Assembly (NCBI GenBank): GCA_003971905.1
Contig: RSEE01000043.1
Span: forward strand, 248,001-312,000
Length of the DNA stretch: 64,000 nucleotides
From: Moniliella sp. 'wahieum'
Lineage: Eukaryota
Direction: 5' to 3'
Shown here: piece by piece, positions 1 through 13,180 of the stretch
How the letters are laid out: each line of letters begins with the position of its first letter
Numbering within the stretch: the stretch's first letter is position 1
Notes under the pieces: generated by a model
Database searches by the model: none
Told to the model about the DNA's origin: nothing
The model's input: only the letters and a program-made list of their open reading frames with translations
Made by a program: the position numbers and the translations under genes

Positions 1-1599
1 GCCACGTCGACCGAGGTGAGCCCCTTGGTGGGGTCTGCGACGTTGAGGGCGGCGAGTGTGGCGGCCACATCAGCCGTCCAAGGAGCGTCCATGGCGGGGG
101 GGTGGATAGGAAGAAGAGAAGATGGACCGTATGCGAGCCGACTGGTTTGGTGGTTTATTGGACGGGGGCGCCGCGTGGAGCGTCGGTGCAATTGCAGCGG
201 CCCTCTACCGCTCCAGCCCCACCGCGTCTGGCTTGGCGTTCCACGTGGCCCGAGAAGCGGCGATTAGCCCCGGCCTCCGGCACGGCGCCAGTGTGCTGCA
301 ATCGGCCCGCGGGTTCTCGGCCGCCGGCCGAAGCATCACGCATCGGGCCAGGCATCATGCATCGTGCTCTCTCTCTTGCTGCCTGTTCAAGCCAGCGCTG
401 CAAGGGGTGCCCCACTAGCGCCACGTGGCCTGCAGGGCCCGCGTGGCAAGCACACGTGACTGTGATCAAACCGTGATGGGGGGGGTGCTTCCGCCTGCTG
501 GCCGCTGCAGCAGGCCCCTGCCACCACCGCCTGCGACCCGCCTGCGCCGTGTCTGGCCATGGCCTTCCCGGTTGCTCCTGCGGCGGCCTCACGGCACAGT
601 ATGCACCACCCAGCCGTGCTTCTTCCGCGCATGGCCCTCTCGCTCCGTCCAACGCTTTCGCCGTTCGTCCCTCCCTTGCCCTGTCATGCATGATCGCTCC
701 ACACTTCGTCCTCGTCCTTCCCTGCTCATTCATATTCAAGGGCCGCCGGTGACATAAGGACGCGATGTGCACGACAATCACGTATGGGATGCGATTCTTC
801 GGCAGCAGCCTGAGAACCCGCACGACCCTGCCGACTAAGCACCTGCAGGAGCTTGCCATCCGCATAGTAAGTCCTTGTTATATAATGCGTAGACTTCATT
901 GTTAAATCATGGTGGCCTGTACGAGTACGCCACGGCCATCTCTTGGTGGAGCAACAGTGGGGGTATGCTCGTCCTCCGCGCTCGAGTGGGGAGAGAAAGC
1001 TGTGGAAGTGCGCGAGGGCTGAACTAATGACTGATTTCGGGCTTCGCTTATCTCTCGTGTGCGTTTCGTCGCGACATGCATTACGGTGATGACCGATGAA
1101 CGTGATGAACGCAGGACATCATGGCAATTGCGATCTCTCGCACTGACGCCAGCCGGAGAAGGATGGAATAACTTAGGCAGACGGCCGATGTGGAGGCAAG
1201 CAGCTATATACGCCCCTCCCCGACTCGTCATGCCGGCCCGGTCACCATGCCCATGCCCATGCATTCTTCGCCCGCTGACAACATCATGAAGTCTTAGTTA
1301 CTAGTTACCGGTTACCTCTCATAGACTGTGGTGACCGGTGACCGTCCTTTAAGATTGGGACGATATAATGGAAGACTCCACGGTGCGGCTGAGCACTGGC
1401 TGAACATCTTAGCTTTTGACGGCCGCACGTCTCTAATACCTCCCCTTAACAGTGACTACCCCTGTGCCCCACCTCCTCTGCCCCTGAAATGATTAACCTG
1501 TGGACCATGTGAACCCTGGCATAGATGAGCGCCACGAGAGAAAAGGAAGCAACGTTTGCTGCGCCTCCTCCCCACCTTTCTGTGTAGTGAAAAGTAGAG

Positions 1600-1840
1600 T
1601 ATAAAGGAGCTATACTCACTAGTCATTTCTCAGATCTCTGTCTCCCTTCTCCCTATCAGCCTCCCTGTGCTTCCCTTCTCCCCCGCCCCCCCTTTCACTT
1701 TCCTTTGGCCCGGTCGGTTGTTCATCAGTGCATTTTTCTCTTCTTTCTCCCTCTCGCAACCCGTTGTACGGTATCCTCCATCACTGTCTGATCATTTTCA
1801 CTCTTAACTTCCCCCTCCCCCCCCTTCCCCACCTCCTCAA
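1600..1840 (+). promoter_or_regulatory. Putative core promoter of the rhodopsin gene: TATAAA followed by a long CT-rich tract
   Basis: TATAAA at ~1600, then pyrimidine-rich sequence up to the ATG at 1842; typical fungal core promoter layout. Confidence 0.45.
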
Positions 1841-1841
1841 C

Positions 1842-2863
1842 ATGGTTCTCTCTTGGCTCGCCACCCGCGACTCGGTCGAAAACAACCCGGTCGCGTCCAA
1901 CATCACCGTTGACTCTCATGGTTCTGACTTTGCTTGGGCCATTTTTGCGGTTCAGACCGTGTCTTCCTCTGTCTATCGTCTCATACATTCTTCTATGTCA
2001 ACCGCGGCAACCGGACCTTTGCCTATCTTGTCGCTGCTGCCTTGGCGTGCAACGCTCTCAACTGGTTTGCCCTTGCGTCCAACCTCGGAGCTGTCCCTAT
2101 CACCGTCGAGTTCCACGCTGGTGGCTGGGCAGGCAATGGCACGGGCCACAACCTGGCTCCTACCCGGTCCATTTGGTACGTTCATAGAGCAACGCCCCCC
2201 CTCCCTGCGCTTCCCTTTGTCTGCTTGATACCGTCCTCATGAGATACTAATCTCAACGCCTGTCCAGGATTTCACGATATGTTGACTGGTTCGTCTCCAC
2301 ACCGTTCATCATCATTGCGATCCTCCTTGTGTCGCCCGTGCCGCTCTCGACAATTTTCATGACCGTGTTTTGGTCCGTCTTTGCCATCCTTTGCGGTCTG
2401 GTGGGCGCCCTAACCTACTCGCAATACAAGTGGGGTTGGTTCGTCTTTGGCGTATGCGCTCTGACGTGGGTCATGTGGGTGTTGTGCGGCCCGGCACTGC
2501 TGGCAGCGAAGAAGTCGGGCAACGATGTGTTTTGGGCGTATGTGCCCATCGTTGGTGCCTTTGGATGCTGGGCCATCCTTTACATTATCGCCTGGGCTGT
2601 TGCCGACGCGAGCAATACCATCTCACCCCAGTGAGTTTGTCTATTACGGTGTTCTGGACCTCATCGCCAAGAGCGTCTGCCTCGTTTACCACGTCTATTC
2701 AGTCTCGGGTGTTGAATATGAGCGCTTTGGTCTCTTCTCTAGCAAGGCGTCTCTGTTCGCCGCACCCGAGGCAGCCTCAGAAGTGGAAGCTACTACCACC
2801 ACCCAAAAGCTCGAGCGGACGGTTACTAGGAAGCAGGTGGAGAATCCCGCCGAAGAGGCTTGA
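1842..2863 (+). CDS. Fungal type-1 (microbial) rhodopsin / opsin-related 7TM protein (Hsp30/Yro2/CarO superfamily) retaining the retinal-binding Lys
   Basis: Stitched translation: MVLSWLATRDSVENNP..HGSDFAWAIFAV..YLVAAALACNALNWFALASNLG..PTRSIW|ISRYVDWFVSTP..GLVGAL..YKWGWFVFG..LYIIAWAVADASN..SEFVYYGVLDLIAKS. Intron 2176-2267 (GTACGT..TACTAAT..CCAG). Apparent 1-nt frameshifts near 1965 and 2630. TGA at 2861-2863. Confidence 0.9.
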
Positions 2864-3165
2864 TTGTATCTCAAAACCTCGACCTCAGTAACCGCGCCCA
2901 ACTTTCTTCTCTATTGGTTTTCTGCGGCATCGCCCCGCATACAGATTTTACACCGTATACCTGCTTGTATATATATGTTGATGATGCGGTGCGGTCGAAA
3001 CGTTCTTTCATTGACCCCACCCAAAGAGTTGATATGCGCTTCTGCTCTTCACCCTGTTCTACATTGAACAACAAGAGTTCATTGTACTATTTGGGTTCAT
3101 TGTTAGGTCTGACGTCGGATGCCTGTGATGGTTCACCTTATCCTGATCATGACCCATATACATCT

Positions 3166-3201
3166 CCTCCTCCCCTCCTCCTCCTCCTCCTCCTCCTCCT
3201 C
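3166..3201. repeat. (CCT)n microsatellite
   Basis: Run of cct/ctc triplets seen directly. Confidence 0.9.
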
Positions 3202-4371
3202 ACCCTGCACCCCAACCCCTCCCTTGACGTGCCCCGATTTACGTTCAACGCCATTTGACGGTCCACGACCCCTTTTCCTCTGTGTTTTCTTTCTTCCGCG
3301 TGAATAACATGTTACACCTTGTAATTCTGCACCTCTTCTGTCCCTCTTTTCTGACAGCCTCGAGCCAGCATCGCCAAGTACACTGGGCACGTACTGATGT
3401 GAAGAGACGGATGGATTCTGAGTACAGTGTCTCGTTACTTCATATATGTATCGCGGAGGTGGCAGGTTTTCTTCGTCTATAGTCTCTACTAAGCACCATC
3501 CTGGCACAGCAACCCAACAGCAGCCTGCAATGCTTCATCACCCACATTAGCCAAATCTATATTCTGCAGTGGAAATGAATGTTGGACGCGGTGCTAGACC
3601 TCAGGGAGAGTATGAGGCAGTATCGTACCTCAGTCTCGGCTCGGGTCGACTGTGATGGTATACTGATTCTAAACCTCCTATCACCTCCCTGCTCCCATCT
3701 TATACCGTCTTGATCCTTTAAAGCATTTTTTACTCATAGGTATTGGAGCATTGATTGGCATTGCCACCCAACATGGGCATGCTGCAGATGTCAGATCTAT
3801 ATAGGTTAGTTTTCGGGGAGTAGACAGGAACTTTTGCTATATATGAACAAAGAGGTAAAATAGGACATAGGTATGACTCACTGAGAGACCCCTTCGCATG
3901 TGGCCAAATGTGCAGTTCTCCCGTCTCTCTCCCCCACATGTCATTCTCTCCCTTAGTCACTCTTACCTCTTTCCCTTCTCTCTGTTTCGCTATAAATCGA
4001 CTTGATACATGAATCTACGCTGGCTCATCTGCTTCCCAGAGGTTGGTTGTCTGGAGCATTATGTTCGTCTTTGCTACAGCTTTTCAAGTTGGGTTTTTAT
4101 GTTGCCAATCCAATAACCATAGTAGTTTTATGTAGAGCCCCGGCCTGAACAAAAAAGCCATGTGTGCCATGGTATACGGATCCTGTGTCGCGGAACATAT
4201 ACGTCTCGGAGAGATGTTGAAAAAGTGGAGAAAAAAACAAGCCGATAGGAGAGTGGAGGTAGGGGATGAATCGAATGGTTCAGATCGGAGCAGAGAGGAG
4301 AGAGAGATGTGTGAGGGGATGAGAGAAGAGGGGAGAGAGGGAGAGAGGGGGGAGTGTGAGCAACTAGCTTC

Positions 4372-7300
4372 TTATTGTACTGTATCTTGGACACTGGAGA
4401 CCCGAGATCGATCAAGAATGTGGCGTCTTCCAGGGCGACCAACTGAACAAAGGATCGAGCGGCACGCCCCCTGACCCTCCCTGGCCCTCCTACCGGTCCT
4501 ACCCCCGGTGCACCAGGAGGCGTAACAGAGCCCAAGTACCGTAGGGGGCTCGGACCCAGCGGAGACGGGCTGGGCGATCCAAGGCCGAGCCAAGGAACGG
4601 GTGACGGTGTTGCATGGGAGTGGTGCGCGGTGGGCAGGAGAAGGGTAGGCAGACCAACTGGATCGAGGGGTTGAACCGGATATGCGGCCGGGCGGAGTAG
4701 GCGCCGCATTGACATTCCAATTGGTAGCCGTGGGTGGCATGCTGCTGATCATTCCCGACCCCGTCCGCCCCGAGATCGAGGGGGGACGAGAGGCTGTGAG
4801 CACAAGTGGGTCCATCACTCCTCGACTGGGAGTCCGATCGCCCGCATGTAGAGCGGAGCGAGTTGGCCCCCACACCGGAAGGCACACCTGTCTCCCCCCG
4901 CTGCACCGAAGGGGTCGAAGAAGAAGAGAGAAGCACGGTGCAATTGAGCTTGCCGCATCAGAGCGAGAGAAGAAGGAGGCAGGCCAAGAGGCGAGCCCAC
5001 TAGACCGGAGGAGGAAGGCGAGCCACTGCCTGTCGGTGGTGGCATTGCGGACGTCGGGGTTTGTGGGCTTGCATTGGCATTGGCAGCTGCGACGGCCGCA
5101 GCGGCTGCAGCGGCGGCTTGCACTGCCGGTGGAGGAATGCCACTTGCTCCAGAGGTCGCGCCGGCCATCGGACCAGCAGCCGGGGTAAGGCCCACATCTT
5201 GCACCAGTTGCGCTTGCGCCGGTTGTGGGTAAGGTGGTGCTGACGAACCACCTCGCGCACCCGCTCCACATATAGTTCCTTTTCCCGTGGCTCCAGTACC
5301 GCTGCATTGAGCACCTTGGACATGAACTGGGTTCCGTGTACCGGATCCAGCACCACCATCTCATACACTGGCCCAGCTGGTTGCTCGGTTTTCCCGATCG
5401 AGGTGGGCGCTTCGGAGGAGTTGAGGTGAGATGTAGCCTCTTGGCGGGATCGAAGAGGGTGGAGAGCAACAGACGAGAGGCGGCCGGATCGGTGCGTTTT
5501 GTGCAATGATACGCCCCACGGTCAAATTGGCCAGCTTGTGGGTACAGAGGGTGCGGAGATGAGGGGCAAATTGGCGCGCCAAGAGGGAGAAGCGACCGGG
5601 AAACCCGAGGTGTCTAAGAGCCAGATGAGAAGCAGCGCACCATTTCCGCTCGTGGCCAAGGGAACAGCATGAAGCACAATGGCCAGAGCAACGCGGCGCT
5701 GCTGCGCCCGCGTGACCCGCGAGTTCTCCAGACAGGCACGCACCGAACGCGCGCCAAATCGTCCCTGGGCAATTTCCATGTTTCGGGCAGTGATCGCGTC
5801 AAAAGATTCAGTCCGACACGGGGGGGCCATAGGGAAGAAGGCACTGCACTACATAGTTGCCAACTTGTCCAGCAAGAGCGGCGGGATGTGAGGCGTAAGG
5901 CTGGGGACGATTCGGTCAACCAATGTGGGGTCTTGAGAACAATCAATAATCTTTTGCGCGGCCCAGGTTCCGTTTTTGTGAACCCCCAGACTGGCCAGAC
6001 CGGGGCAAGTACATCGAGCATAGCGTTACGTGTTGAGGGGGCCATGCTCAAATAGGCGTTGGACTACAGTGTTGCCAATGTAATCCGACGCCAGCTCCAG
6101 CATCTCCGACATGAAGTTTTGGCAATCGAGTCTGCCTCCGCTTGGAGCGCTCCCTCCGCATCAAGGGCTTTGCGCACGTCACGCAAGAAGCCGGGTCAAA
6201 GTGGCGAGAGGAAGGTAAGCCAGGAGAGATGGAGCTGTCCCCAATAGAAGAGATGGAAGTGAGGTACAAGACGCCCGTGCTGGGCCCAAGGACGGACACA
6301 CTCCCTCCGGCCCTAGTTCCTCCTCCGTGCAGTCCGGGTCCAGCTCGCGCAGCATCCTTCGTTCTTCGCTTACACTCACCACGGGCACCATATCGGCTGG
6401 CAACGGGATCCCACCACGGTCCGAGAGGGTACAATGGTCGAGCTTGCGCTGGCCGCTCGTCCCATACGGGCACTGCTCCCGCCGGAATCGCTGGCATGGT
6501 AGGCGGAGCCGGGGGGCGGAAACGTTCGGGCGTGGCAGGCGGGTCTGCACCAAGGAGGGGCGAGGGGAGGAAGGTGCATGGCCGACGCCGATTCAAAGCC
6601 TGTCCCCGGAAGGAAATAGCCGTTTGTGGTGGCTGGAGCTGTGGGGGTGTTAGGGCCTGAGGGGTGAATGCCCGCCCACGAATGCGAGCGGCCTGATGCG
6701 ACGCTGTTGGGCACCACTCCACTTGAAACCCCAGCCACAGGGGGAGGTGCAGTAGACGACGAGGAAGAAGACGAAGACACCTTTCCCGATGGGCCGCCCA
6801 CTCGTCCAAACCCGATCCGCAGCGGCCGGGTTGCTTGCTGCCCAGGCCACGAGCCCAGCCGGCGTGGCGATTGATGATATCGTCGCGCGCACGGATCGCA
6901 TCGTCAATGTCAATGAAGTTGACAAAGGCATATGCCTGTTGCTTTCGGCAGAGTCGTTAGTGGGTGCTCAGCTTATCAAAAAGAGGGGAAGGACGGATTT
7001 CATACCTTGTCTGTCAACACGCGGCAAGTCTCGATCCGTCCATACGAAGCGAACGTATCGTATAGTCCTGTTGGGTGGTGGATGAAGGGACATTTCCCAC
7101 CCACAGGGAACGTGAGGGGACCATATTGGCTGTCCCGGTGTGATAGAGCGATGAGGCTTGCATTTCATACGGGGTCCGTGAGCTCTGGGGGGGGGATTGG
7201 TTGGGTCCCATCAAGCCGGCGGGATGAGTCAAGCCCGTTGGATAGGGTACCATTCCTGGGGTGGTGGGCGTAGGCGTTTGTGCGGCCGACGTAGGCACCC

Positions 7301-9088
7301 ACCACTCCTCCTCCCGATCATATCCTCCCCGCGCTGGGTTGGGGAAGGGAAATGCAAGGGTCGTATTCTTCTCGCCCAAAAGAGGGGCGCGGGGGGAAGT
7401 ACCCGCCTGAGCTGGCCCGACGGGCAAGCGAGGCATAGTACTCCGCCACCTGCGCCTGTACCAACGGCGGTGCGCATGCCAGCGTGGAACGATCCACATT
7501 TGGCCCTTGTCGGGGTGTTGGGGACGATGCACGCCGCCTCTGCCGGCCACGAAGTTAGGTCGGCTGCAGACACGGGTTTTGCCCAGGATGGACTTGATTG
7601 TTCGTAGATTCCTAGCCCCTGCAGACATCTGAGGGGGTGTGGCAGTGGTGTCGTCTAAGTTCGCGCCGGAAGAACCCACGGTCAAAGAAAGGGGTCCTTA
7701 CTCGCCGGAAACGCAGCTTGCTCACTCGGACCGAGAGGGCCAGAATGCTCAAGGCGCAGTTGATTCAACTCATCCGGGCGGGTAGGTACGCCATGCCCAC
7801 TCGACTTGTCACTCCCTACGCGCGCGCGGGCAATCTGGGCAAGAAGAGCGAATAGTGGTACTGTTGGGAGCTCGGCTGGTCGGGCCCATCCACACCCAAC
7901 TCGTTGGTTCTGAACCTGTACGGCTCATAGGAACAGACTGGGGTAGGTCTCGACCATGGTCCTGAGGAAGACGGAACTCCGCAGCACTGGCATCCAGGGC
8001 CAATTGGGAGCGGTCACCGCTGTCGCGTGGAAACATGGCGGAGGCTGTCGCGATAGCGTCGCCAAGCTAACCGAAGCACCGTGAGGAGGATGCTGTGGTG
8101 ATGATTCGGAAGAGAAATGAGGGTGCCCAGCGAAGGGAGCGAGCCCGGCGATGCTGGCGGATCCCAGGGAATGCCGCGCAGGAGCGTGAGGAGCCGGACC
8201 ACGAGCACGGAAGGCCAAGAGTGCATCCTGTAGCTCATTTCGTGTCAAGCCCGAGGGAGAACCTCCAGCGTCTTGCGGGGACGAATGCACCAATGGGATG
8301 GGTAGCCATACGGTCCCGCCTCCAGCTGTGTATCGGATGTGGCCCAGGGGGGCATGGGAGTGGCATTGGTGCCAAGTTGGGCATTTTGAAGGCCATGCGA
8401 GGTGGGGTAGCTACGGTGGGCGTCAAACGCAAGTGAGGCGGTCGCGCTCATTGGGGCCTCGTGGCAAACTGCGCCAGGGTCCAGAGGGCCAAACGTTGCG
8501 TGATTCTGCCGGTCCCCCCGCACCGTAGTTTTCGGTGACGGTGAGGAGAATGAAGGCGATGGTGAGGGACAAGCAGCTGGTGATCCAGTCGAGCCAGGCT
8601 CATCCAGGGCGAGTTGGTCCAAGGAAGCGAAGTCGATTTCGTCCATGTCGCGCCTGCGGGTGTCGGGGCTCATTGGCTGAGCATCTGAAAGAAACGGTGG
8701 GATAAGAGAGGCGTTTTTCCCACTGGACCCTGGTTCGGTTTGTGGCGCCGGACACTCATCGTCCGCATCGGCGTGGGCATAGGATTCGTATGCCGCATTG
8801 TTGAAGGCGTTGTTGCGGACGACAGCACCCGCATCCGCACGCGCACTAGTATTAACACGGGCAGTGCCGTTGTTGGGATGTGTCGGCGCGGTAGGTGAGC
8901 CGGTCGGGGGGGGCGCGGCAGAGCTACTGTCTTGAGACAGATCGGCCGGGTGGAACATGTAAGGACCGGGGTTCTGGTCTTGGGCCACAGCGCCCGTCTT
9001 ATTGTGCAGAGGGCCGGTGGTGTTCGTCGCCTGGGACGACGCGGTGCGCTTCATGGTCCGAGTAGGCGATGGCTGGGATAGAGCCATG
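4372..9088 (-). CDS. JSN1: JSN1/Puf1-Puf2-like RNA-binding protein (RRM + Pumilio repeats, low-complexity termini)
   Basis: RRM: PSRSLWVGNV..YGRIETCRVLTDK|AYAFVNF across intron 6936-7005. Pumilio repeats: LASDYIGNTVVQRLFE, EIAQGRFGARSVRACLE, LATSGNGALLLIWLLD, LCTHKLANLTV. Start MALSQPSP at 9088. Many frameshifts; 3' end approximate. Confidence 0.85.
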
Positions 9089-12000
9089 GCGGGTGTGGTT
9101 GTGCGTACGATGGGGGCAAGAATGCGTTTTGGAGGAACGGGAAGTTGGGACAGCGGCGGTAAGATATAAAAGGGCAGGGGTGAAAGAAACTGGCGCAATG
9201 CCGGGTTAATACCGGCTAAGAGTCAGTCTCGTCGATCACCACTGATGGAAGAGCGCTGCGCACGAGAGGGGCGTGTGATGCGTGTCACGCTTCGAGCGGC
9301 TCGCGACACGCTGGACGGCAGTAGGGTACTCACACGTTTGATCTCTTTTGTGAGAACGGGGAAGGGATGTGTGGGGATGGGGCAAGGCGGAGGAGAAGAT
9401 TACGCCAAGAAGGGAGGTACAAGGGGGGGGGGCCGGACAGCAGATTAGCCGGGACGGGGCGACTAGGAGGCGTCACACACACTAGACAAGGCGATGGCGA
9501 CGGCGATGGCGATGGCGAACGGCGGTGAGGCGGATAGGGGGGTACAGGGGGTTAAGAAATGCTGGAAAGTGATGTCGATGAAGAGAAGTAAGAGATGCCG
9601 GAAGCGAGAGGGAGAAGCGAAAGGCGGGGCGGATCAACCGAACGGGGGGGCAGAGGAAGGGAGAGGGAGGGGAGGAGACGGGGAGGAGACGGGGAGGAGA
9701 CGGGGAGGGAGGGAAGGGAGGGAAGGGAGGGAAAGGACGAGAGCGGAGGTGGTGGGGGGTGTGGAGGGAGGCGGCGTGAGGCGTCTAGGCTTAATGTACA
9801 AACGTTGAGGATGTCTTGGCATCCAACACCCACACCACACACACACGCCCGACATCCGATGTGGGGGGCTGTGGGCCGTGCGTGTGAGACGTTGGCTCGG
9901 GGCGCGTGTCGGATGGCGCTTGGAGGGTCGCAAAAGGCCCAGGGGGGGGCCAAGCGCAGATGTGGCAACGAGCAGGCACATCCTGTCCCAAGCCCCCATG
10001 CTCCTACAACGGGCCTAATGCGACCAAAATCAAGGAGGCTTTGGGCTGAGTATCAGCGCTGACACGCTGACGATGGACCGAAGAATCCGCTGGAGGCCCG
10101 TGTGTGTACCGTCCATTTCATATGTGTGTTTGTGTGTGCTCTCTTGTGTTGATAACGCCGGGAATAATCCCGCTGCGGCCACAAGGCACACACAGCCTCT
10201 CGTTACCTATACTCTCCAGCCCACCCACCACCACCCACCGCCCCCACCTCATCCTCGGCCCCCACTCATGCCCCGAACTTCCTGGCCGATGAGAGGGCTG
10301 CGTGATTGTTGAAGAGAGGACGCACAACACTAGCAATCTCAGCCTGTCGCGATTGTATACATGGTAGGAAACACGTGTTTTTATATTAGTTTACTTTTGG
10401 TGAGAGTTGGGGGCATGGTCGAGAGGGGCTTTTCATCCTAATTTGTCAGGGGACGTTTGGACTAGTTGGGTGGGCTATAGGCGCTGTAGATGAGCAATAT
10501 GAGCTAGGTGCGCTATAGAATAGCCAGGCGGGCTATGTGCAATCTAGAGGGCGCACAGGCGGTCAGAAGTCCTTCATATAGTCCTGCCGCGGCACCACAT
10601 CAAAACTGCAGCTGGACAACTTGTAGCCGAAGAATTTCGCTGACAACATGACGCTGCGTCTCTCAGGAAAGGGGTGCCTGGGGCATAATGCATGGGCTGC
10701 GCTTCGTCCTGCTTGGGCAGCTGCGAAAGCGTGCTGGCGTCCAAACACTGGTTCATATGGCCACAGTCCATGTGGGAGAGCAACTTCGAAGGGGCATAGC
10801 GCTAACAAGGTGATATTTATTCCAGGTGCCCTTGGTCTTAGTCCTTCTTAGTACTACTCGAGTACGCGCTAAATATGCACGACCAATACTTCCTGAGCGG
10901 TAGCCGATACCCCCGGAGACTGTTCCCCGGCAACTTCCGACCGCGTGTCCAAATGTCCAACGCCCATCGTCATGGTCATGTATGCCATGGTACCATCATG
11001 CATCACACATCAACGTCAACGTCAACGTCAACGTCAACGTGTTCAACTGAACACCCTGCCAGTTGATGCTCAGCTGTGGCCAGACCTACATACTGCACCA
11101 GTGATACATATTGCCTGTCCTCGGTTGCCCGCCCCACGCCCCAGGGTTTTCCCTGTCTGCCAGGAACCCCCCAACGGATCCTCCATCTGTATCATCGATC
11201 ATCGATCATGGCTGCCGCTGCCCGGGATCTCCAGGGTGTCTGCTTTTGCTTGCGCACAGTCAAGCTTCGTCCAGTTCAAGTTCTCAAGCTACTATACAGC
11301 CAAACCACAAGAACCCCTACTCCCCACGTAGTCAGGCAACCCGTCGGTCCCCGTCTCCGATCTCCTGAGAGCTCCTTCCTCTTCCCCCGCCCCACATCGC
11401 ACCTCTAAACTTGAAGCTTGAAGCTAGTAGCATGAAGCTTCCAGGGGCGCCGCGCCCGCAGCCCACACCAGCCAGGGGCAACGCAGCCGCGCGTTGCGTG
11501 ACCTTGCGAATATGTGCTTTGCGTACAGGAGCTTGGCTGTGGATTCTGGACGCTGTGAGGATGTTAACATGGCAAGCTTCAAGCTTCAAGGGGTGCAACC
11601 GCAGCTCCTGCGCCGTGCCGGACCCCCTTTCCCTTAAATCTCGACCGGTAATTATTAGTACTTAGTAAGTGGCAACGCTCGCAATCCTCCACGCCGGCCA
11701 CCCTCTCGAAACGCACACAGTAGCTCTCCTAATAATGTACACATTCAACGTTCACTTTCTCTTACAGGTGCACAACAACATCTTACTCACAGCTGTGAAA
11801 CGCTCGGCTTTCAGCCCACAACACCCGACCCGGTGCCCCAATTCCTCCTTGTCCCGTCCACCTGCCCAGCTCTCCCCACCTCGCCCGCGCCGATTATTTT
11901 GGACTGGGAGAATAAGCTTCATCCTAAGAGACATCCTCTTTTGCCCTTCTTTTTCTCCCACCCGCACCAGCTCGCATCGCGGCTCAACCTGAGTGCTCGC

Positions 12001-13180
12001 TCACATGTCACAGAGCCCTTCTCGCGAATCGTGCACTCATCTCGCGAATCATCATCCGTAGGCAGCATCCTTCTTCCCAGTGAATTTCGCCGTTTAATCC
12101 CTCTGCACCCTTTAGAACTATATACGAAGAGGAGAGAAGTGATATGTATCAGAGATCCCTTTCCTATAGTGTGCAGCATGTGTGTTTAGCGTTAATGATC
12201 AATCCCTCACTTTTTCCCCCTTGCAATAGATTGTGGGTTTCCCCCACGGTCCAATATCGCGTCTTGATAGTGTACTCACCAATCTGTTGAGCCACCGCGG
12301 GTGGCTCAACGTGTGTTTTGGCCCACGCAACGTCCCTTCAATCCCTCCTGAAGCTGCGTATAGGAGTTCCGTTGTTTTCTCCCTCGTTTTTTCTTATTCA
12401 ACCACAGCGCACAGAGTCCAACAGCCGAGTCCAACAGCCCTGGCGGCAGCTGGCTGCTGTTCCTTTGTACTAGTAGGCGTTTTGTTGGCTCGATTCCACC
12501 ACCACCACTGGGATGACATCATCGTCGAGGACCATATCAGGACTCTCCACTGGGTTGTTTCATCACAAATCCACACTGTAGACAACTTATCCTAGTAGAC
12601 TATCCTAAAAGTTTTGCTCCCAGCACCCACAATGTCTCCCAGCTTTCATTCTGCGAGGGCCGCGTCCCAGTCTCGGGGCTAGAAATCCAAATCCAGTCCC
12701 ATCCTCCAGGTAGCGTAGTTGTTCCCCTCTGTCTCGTGGGATCGCGTCCCGTCCCCGAGTCCGAGAGGTTTTTGATAGTATGATATGTTTGCGGTACCAT
12801 TGCCCATCAGGGGTCTGCGTATATATATATGTAGTGGCAGTGCAAACACAAAAAGCAGCATTCACATGCCAATTTACGTCCACCTGTAGGGGCTCATTCA
12901 TAGCCAGCGTCTCTCCCATGTACCGCTGCCTGACCGGCTCGCAGCTTCCGCCAGCTCGCTTTGCCCAGCTGCAGCCAGTAGGTCTAGTATGTTCGTAAAA
13001 GAACCAACACGACAAATAAGCACATAGAATTGGATTGACAGGGCAGGGTTGGGCATGGGTAGGCAGGGGGGCACCAATGAGTTCGACTGAATCCAACTGT
13101 TAGCCTTCGGTAGGTCGGTAGGAAAGTAGCAAGCCTTACACGGCACCGACCATGCCAGCGACGCAGGCACATGCCCGTAC

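Noticed and set aside
1440..1490. STRE (CCCCT) cluster upstream of the opsin gene
   Set aside because: Expected by chance in C-rich promoter DNA; cannot be supported from sequence alone
1934..2640. Programmed ribosomal frameshifting in the opsin or other genes
   Set aside because: No slippery heptamer/pseudoknot pattern, and indels occur in every gene, consistent with assembly error
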